Assembly: GCA_964356315.1 (NCBI GenBank)
Contig: CAYHHA010000002.1
Span: forward strand, 3,824-67,823
DNA: 64,000 bases
DNA from: an uncultured Gammaproteobacteria bacterium
GTDB lineage: Bacteria > Patescibacteriota > Microgenomatia > UBA10105 > UBA927
Direction of reading: 5' to 3'
Shown here: positions 60,193 to 64,000 of the stretch, piece after piece
Position numbering within the stretch: the stretch's first letter is position 1
How the letters are laid out: each line of letters opens with the position of its first letter
Notes under the pieces: generated by a model
What the model saw: only the letters and a program-made list of their open reading frames with translations
Database searches by the model: none
What the model was told of the DNA's origin: nothing
Made by a program: the position numbers and the translations under genes

Positions 60193-61040
60193 TACTTTGG
60201 GGAGTTAATAGTTGTAAAAAAATTTCTAAAAATTGAAAAAAGTTTTTCTTCTGTTTGTTTGCTGTTTAATACTGCCGTCACTTCCTCATGATTCGTTGCA
60301 TTTGTTCCATCTTTGGCAATGGCATTGGTAATCATTGAAACGCCGAATGTATCCATCCCGCGATTTGTAGCGATGATAATTTCCGGAACAGTAGACATCC
60401 CAACAGCATCGGCTCCCATTGCGCGAAGCATCAGGCATTCTGCTTGGGTCTCATACGTCTTTCCTGTAAGCCCTGCATATACACCTTCGTGAATCGATTG
60501 ATCGATTGATGTGAATATTTTTCGTAACCTAGGAGAATATTCTGTATTTTGCGGTTGAAAAAATGCATTTCCTCCGAAATCATGGTGTGCTCCAAGCATC
60601 GGGTTTGGTTGAAATAATCCAATATGAGATTTAATCACCATAAGGTCACCGACTTTATAGGAAGGATTTAGCCCACCCGCTGCATTGGTGGCAATATAAA
60701 GTTTGCATCCGAGAGATGCTGCGACTTGAACAGGAAACGTGACGATATCCATGGCGTTGGGTTCATGCGCTACTTCGTAATAATGTTTCCGACCTTTCAG
60801 TCCAATAATCGGTACGCCTTCAAGATATCCTGCAATCAGCGTGCCCTCATGCCCAACAACAGTGGAGACGGGGAAGTGAGGAATGTCTTTATAGGGAATA
60901 ACCGCAACAGGTTTTATAAGATCTGCAAGCTTATTGAGGCCGGAGCCAAGGGTGAGGGCGATTTTAGGAGAGAAGTTTTTTGTTTTTTTCTGAATAAAAC
61001 GAACTGTTTCATTCACCGTTGTTATATAGATATCTTTCAT
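60192..61040 (-). CDS. punA: purine nucleoside phosphorylase (trimeric type)
   Basis: LGSGL, STVVGH.G, GRKHYYE, TNAAGG, YET.AE, DAVGMSTVPE, HEEV. Confidence 0.92.
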   Translation of the reverse strand: MKDIYITTVNETVRFIQKKTKNFSPKIALTLGSGLNKLADLIKPVAVIPYKDIPHFPVSTVVGHEGTLIAGYLEGVPIIGLKGRKHYYEVAHEPNAMDIVTFPVQVAASLGCKLYIATNAAGGLNPSYKVGDLMVIKSHIGLFQPNPMLGAHHDFGGNAFFQPQNTEYSPRLRKIFTSIDQSIHEGVYAGLTGKTYETQAECLMLRAMGADAVGMSTVPEIIIATNRGMDTFGVSMITNAIAKDGTNATNHEEVTAVLNSKQTEEKLFSIFRNFFTTINSPK

Positions 61041-61042
61041 TA

Positions 61043-62563
61043 TTACTCCCATTCCATGGTTGCGGGGGGTTTTGTTGTTATGTCATATACGACTCTGGAA
61101 ACGTTTGGAACTTCGTTGACGATTCTCGATGAAATTTTCTCCAATACTTCATAAGGAATTCTCGCCCAGCGGCTGGTCATAATGTCATGCGACTCATATG
61201 CGCGTATGGCTACAACTTCTGCAAATACTCGTCCGTCTCCTTTGACTGCGGTGGAAAATGCTCCAGACATGACGGCAAAACATTGGAATACGCTTTCATA
61301 TAGATTTGCAGATTTCATTTCCTCTATAACGATCCCGTCAGCAATTTTTACCTGCTCAAGTCTTTTTGCAGTTACTTCGCCTCTAATTCTGACCGCGTAT
61401 CCAGGACCAGGAAATGGTTGTTGCATTACGAGGTCTTCCGGAATTCCAGAAAGTCTACCAAGTTCGCGTACTTCATCTTTGTATAATTCGCGAAGTGGTT
61501 CAAGCAGTTTAAATTTCATATCTGCTGGAAGTCCACCGACATTATGATGGGATTTTATTTTTGATGCATGCTTGCTCCCTTTGGATTCGATCACATCTGA
61601 ATATATAGTTCCTTGCGCAAGGAACGTGGCATCTGTATGTTTGTTTGCCTCTTGGTTAAATATATCTATGTAGAGTTTTCCGATAGCTTTGCGCTTTTCT
61701 TCAGGGTCTGTAATACCAGAGAGCGCATCTAAAAATCTTTTTTTTGCGTCGACTATGACGAGATTTGCCTGAATGAGTTTCGTAAAAATATGTTTGACAC
61801 GAGTGTCCGTCTCTGGTCTCATAAGTCCACTATCGACATATACCGGTATGAGTTTTTTGCCGATTGCTTTGCCAATCAAAAATGCTGCGACAGTGGAATC
61901 AACGCCTCCTGAAACAGCGCCGATCACCGAATTGTTTCCAACCGTTTCTTTTATTTCATCGATATGTTTTTGCGGATCAAGCACGAGGGGATTGAGCGAT
62001 TCTTTACATGCCATGACAGCAAAATTTTTGAGGAGTTCCATCCCGTGAGTAGAGTGATACGCTTCCGGATGAAACTGAATTCCATAGAGCTTTTTTTGGG
62101 TATTAATGACTGCTGCGTATTCTACCTGATGGGTGTGTCCAACAAGGGTGAATCCTGGTGGAAGTTTTGTAACGGTATCTCCATGAGACATAATGACGGA
62201 AAATTGTGTTTCCGGTAATGCAAAAATATCTGGTTGTGTATCAAAAATAATGTCTTCTGGTCCGAATTCTTTTTTGGAATGTTTCACTTCGCCACCTAAG
62301 AGGTGCGCAATGAGTTGCCAGCCGTAGCAAATCCCGAGGATCGGGATGCCAAATTCAAAAACCTTTTTATCTACCGAGAGCGTCGCGTTATCATAGCTAA
62401 TGTCGTTTGGGCCTCCGGAAAAAACAATTCCTTTAGGAGAATTTTTTTTGATCGCTGAGATGATATCCTCCGGATTTGTGTAGGCAACTTCCACGCCAAT
62501 TTGCCGGAGACGCCTACCGATAAGATGTGCAGTCTGTGAGCCAAAATCAACAACGATAATCAT
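61043..62563 (-). CDS. guaA: GMP synthase (glutamine-hydrolysing)
   Basis: DFGSQ, GICYG, QFHPE, SGGVDS, IKSHHNVGGLP, YDITTKPPATMEWE. Confidence 0.98.
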   Translation of the reverse strand: MIIVVDFGSQTAHLIGRRLRQIGVEVAYTNPEDIISAIKKNSPKGIVFSGGPNDISYDNATLSVDKKVFEFGIPILGICYGWQLIAHLLGGEVKHSKKEFGPEDIIFDTQPDIFALPETQFSVIMSHGDTVTKLPPGFTLVGHTHQVEYAAVINTQKKLYGIQFHPEAYHSTHGMELLKNFAVMACKESLNPLVLDPQKHIDEIKETVGNNSVIGAVSGGVDSTVAAFLIGKAIGKKLIPVYVDSGLMRPETDTRVKHIFTKLIQANLVIVDAKKRFLDALSGITDPEEKRKAIGKLYIDIFNQEANKHTDATFLAQGTIYSDVIESKGSKHASKIKSHHNVGGLPADMKFKLLEPLRELYKDEVRELGRLSGIPEDLVMQQPFPGPGYAVRIRGEVTAKRLEQVKIADGIVIEEMKSANLYESVFQCFAVMSGAFSTAVKGDGRVFAEVVAIRAYESHDIMTSRWARIPYEVLEKISSRIVNEVPNVSRVVYDITTKPPATMEWE

Positions 62564-62572
62564 ATGTTTGTT

Positions 62573-63211
62573 TTATACAACTTCCGGTTGTTTTGCAAGG
62601 ACGACTTTATCATGTGCTCCAATCTCAGAAACTCGAACGCAGGAGAATGTTTTTACTCCTAATGATTCTATGTATTCTATGCCACCTTGAAATACTTTAT
62701 CGAATAATACGGCAAACCCAACAACGTTGACCCCGCGTTTTTGAAGACCGCTCACGATATGATACCCAGTTTCACCTGTCGCGCATACATCATCAATTAG
62801 TAGTACTCGGTCACCTTTTTGAACAAAGGATAAATTAATTCCAGAAAATACCTGCATCGCATCATTGCTGGTTGAGAATGAGCGGATTTCTTCGCGGTAG
62901 ACATCTTTCCAGGTTGTAGGGATATTTTGATCTTTTCGTGAACTGTGAAGACGGGTGTTTCCTCCTAATTCCAGTGCTATGGCTGTTGCCAAGTAATTAC
63001 CAGAATGAGGGATTCCATGAACGATATCAATGTCGCTGTCTTTAAATTCATTTGCAATACTTATTGCCGCAGATTTGAGAATTTGTGGTTTCATCCGAAG
63101 ATTAAATGAAGAAACGGAAATATACCCGCGATCCGGATCAATAACTTTTGCATCTCGCAAAAATTCGTCTCTCAGGAACGCGAGATCTGCTTGAAGATTG
63201 CTTGCTACCAT
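62573..63211 (-). CDS. purine phosphoribosyltransferase (Xpt/Apt-like)
   Basis: PRPP motif VLLIDDVCATGET, RK loop, DKVFQGG. Confidence 0.82.
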   Translation of the reverse strand: MVASNLQADLAFLRDEFLRDAKVIDPDRGYISVSSFNLRMKPQILKSAAISIANEFKDSDIDIVHGIPHSGNYLATAIALELGGNTRLHSSRKDQNIPTTWKDVYREEIRSFSTSNDAMQVFSGINLSFVQKGDRVLLIDDVCATGETGYHIVSGLQKRGVNVVGFAVLFDKVFQGGIEYIESLGVKTFSCVRVSEIGAHDKVVLAKQPEVV

Positions 63212-63251
63212 AGTCTATTTTAGCGTTACTGAGCTGTTTTAGCAATTCGGT

Positions 63252-63482
63252 TTATGTAGTCGGAGCTTCCGTTGCTGCTGGTGGCGCATCCTCATCAACC
63301 TTCTGAGGTGTTGTTGGGTCTTGCTCAGTAATCTCCAATCCTTCAATACCGCTTCGGATAATCCTTAAAGGATGAGGGGATGTGTATGTTTGTGTGTCTG
63401 GTACAGGACCTCTAAATCCTCCTTGTCCTCCGCTACGCGATTCATATCGATTATCAAAAATGGATTCAGGTCTTCCTGACAT
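63252..63482 (-). CDS. small hypothetical protein
   Basis: 76-aa ORF with SD-like AAAGGA; Pro/Thr/acidic. Confidence 0.5.
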   Translation of the reverse strand: MSGRPESIFDNRYESRSGGQGGFRGPVPDTQTYTSPHPLRIIRSGIEGLEITEQDPTTPQKVDEDAPPAATEAPTT

Positions 63483-63525
63483 ATATTCCTTTCTGCTCTC
63501 TTTAATCGAGAGCCATATTTTTGTA

Positions 63526-63786
63526 TTAGACAGCTGCTTCAGATTGAATTGGAACAGGCTCTGCTTGAAATAGTAACGCTTGCTCCTCTAATGCACTCTT
63601 GACTCTTTGTGTAATTGGTTCGCATCCTAGGTTATCAGCTATAATAGCGCCAGCTCTGACTGCTGAGGCAAGTGCTTCATTTGACATGAGCGTCCCCGGC
63701 CATCCACCACCACAGGTAATTGCACACGGCCCTCGTCCATTTGCTGCCGGGCAACCAAGAGATTCATATTTATATACTGGTTTCAT
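63526..63786 (-). CDS. small Cys-containing hypothetical protein
   Basis: 86-aa ORF from ATG 63786, four Cys. Confidence 0.5.
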   Translation of the reverse strand: MKPVYKYESLGCPAANGRGPCAITCGGGWPGTLMSNEALASAVRAGAIIADNLGCEPITQRVKSALEEQALLFQAEPVPIQSEAAV

Positions 63787-63796
63787 AAATTTAACC

Positions 63797-63825
63797 AAAA
63801 AAAATAGGGCGCTAAGTAAGCCCTA
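63797..63825 (-). terminator. intrinsic terminator-like hairpin
   Basis: minus strand TAGGGC-N9-GCCCTA followed by T8. Confidence 0.6.
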
Positions 63826-63870
63826 ATATCTTTCTTATACAGCGCAAGAGGTCAAAGCGTCAAGGGGAAA

Positions 63871-64000
63871 TTATTTGGAGTAAAATTTCTTTACGAAGGA
63901 GATCTGCTCTTCGGTAAAATGCAGATTCATAAGGAACGCTTCAATTTCTTTTTCTGTTTTTCCTTCTTTTTTCAAACTCGCATAGATATTCATAACCATT
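63871..64000 (-). CDS. 3' end of a CDS running off the window
   Basis: open frame ...IYASLKKEGKTEKEIEAFLMNLHFTEEQISFVKKFYSK*. Confidence 0.5.
   Translation of the reverse strand, partial: MVMNIYASLKKEGKTEKEIEAFLMNLHFTEEQISFVKKFYSK

Noticed and set aside
1-64000. CRISPR array, IS/transposase, prophage, rRNA, or UGA recoding (code 25)
   Set aside because: No regularly spaced repeats or mobile-element genes seen; conserved genes are full length in code 11 and several end in TGA.

Overview
A compact, AT-rich bacterial chromosome segment in standard genetic code (TGA is used as stop). By gene content it is most likely Patescibacteria/CPR, Microgenomates-like; this is an inference from stand-alone receiver domains, tandem class A PBPs, a signal peptidase-CAP fusion, lamin-tail and cohesin surface proteins, GH130s and salvage-only nucleotide metabolism. 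It carries dnaG-rpoD, a cytoplasmic GAF/PAS histidine kinase with three orphan receivers, mntH-mntR, queA, a type IV pilus cluster, uppP, two PBP1A genes, sodA, gapN and a purine salvage operon. The strongest signal missed by the ORF track is a tRNA-Asn(GUU) on the minus strand (17615-17898) split inside its anticodon (35/36) by a 212-nt group I intron, whose guide sequence also fits an Asp anticodon loop. Other highlights: an 815-aa prepilin fused to a PilY1-like Ca-loop domain, apparent widespread leaderless transcription, structured leaders on rpoD and the DEAD-box helicase, a GT-C/radical SAM/methyltransferase module, and SET- and DOT1-like methyltransferases. No CRISPR array, transposase or integrase was seen. 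All calls are from motif reading by eye; no database searches were run.
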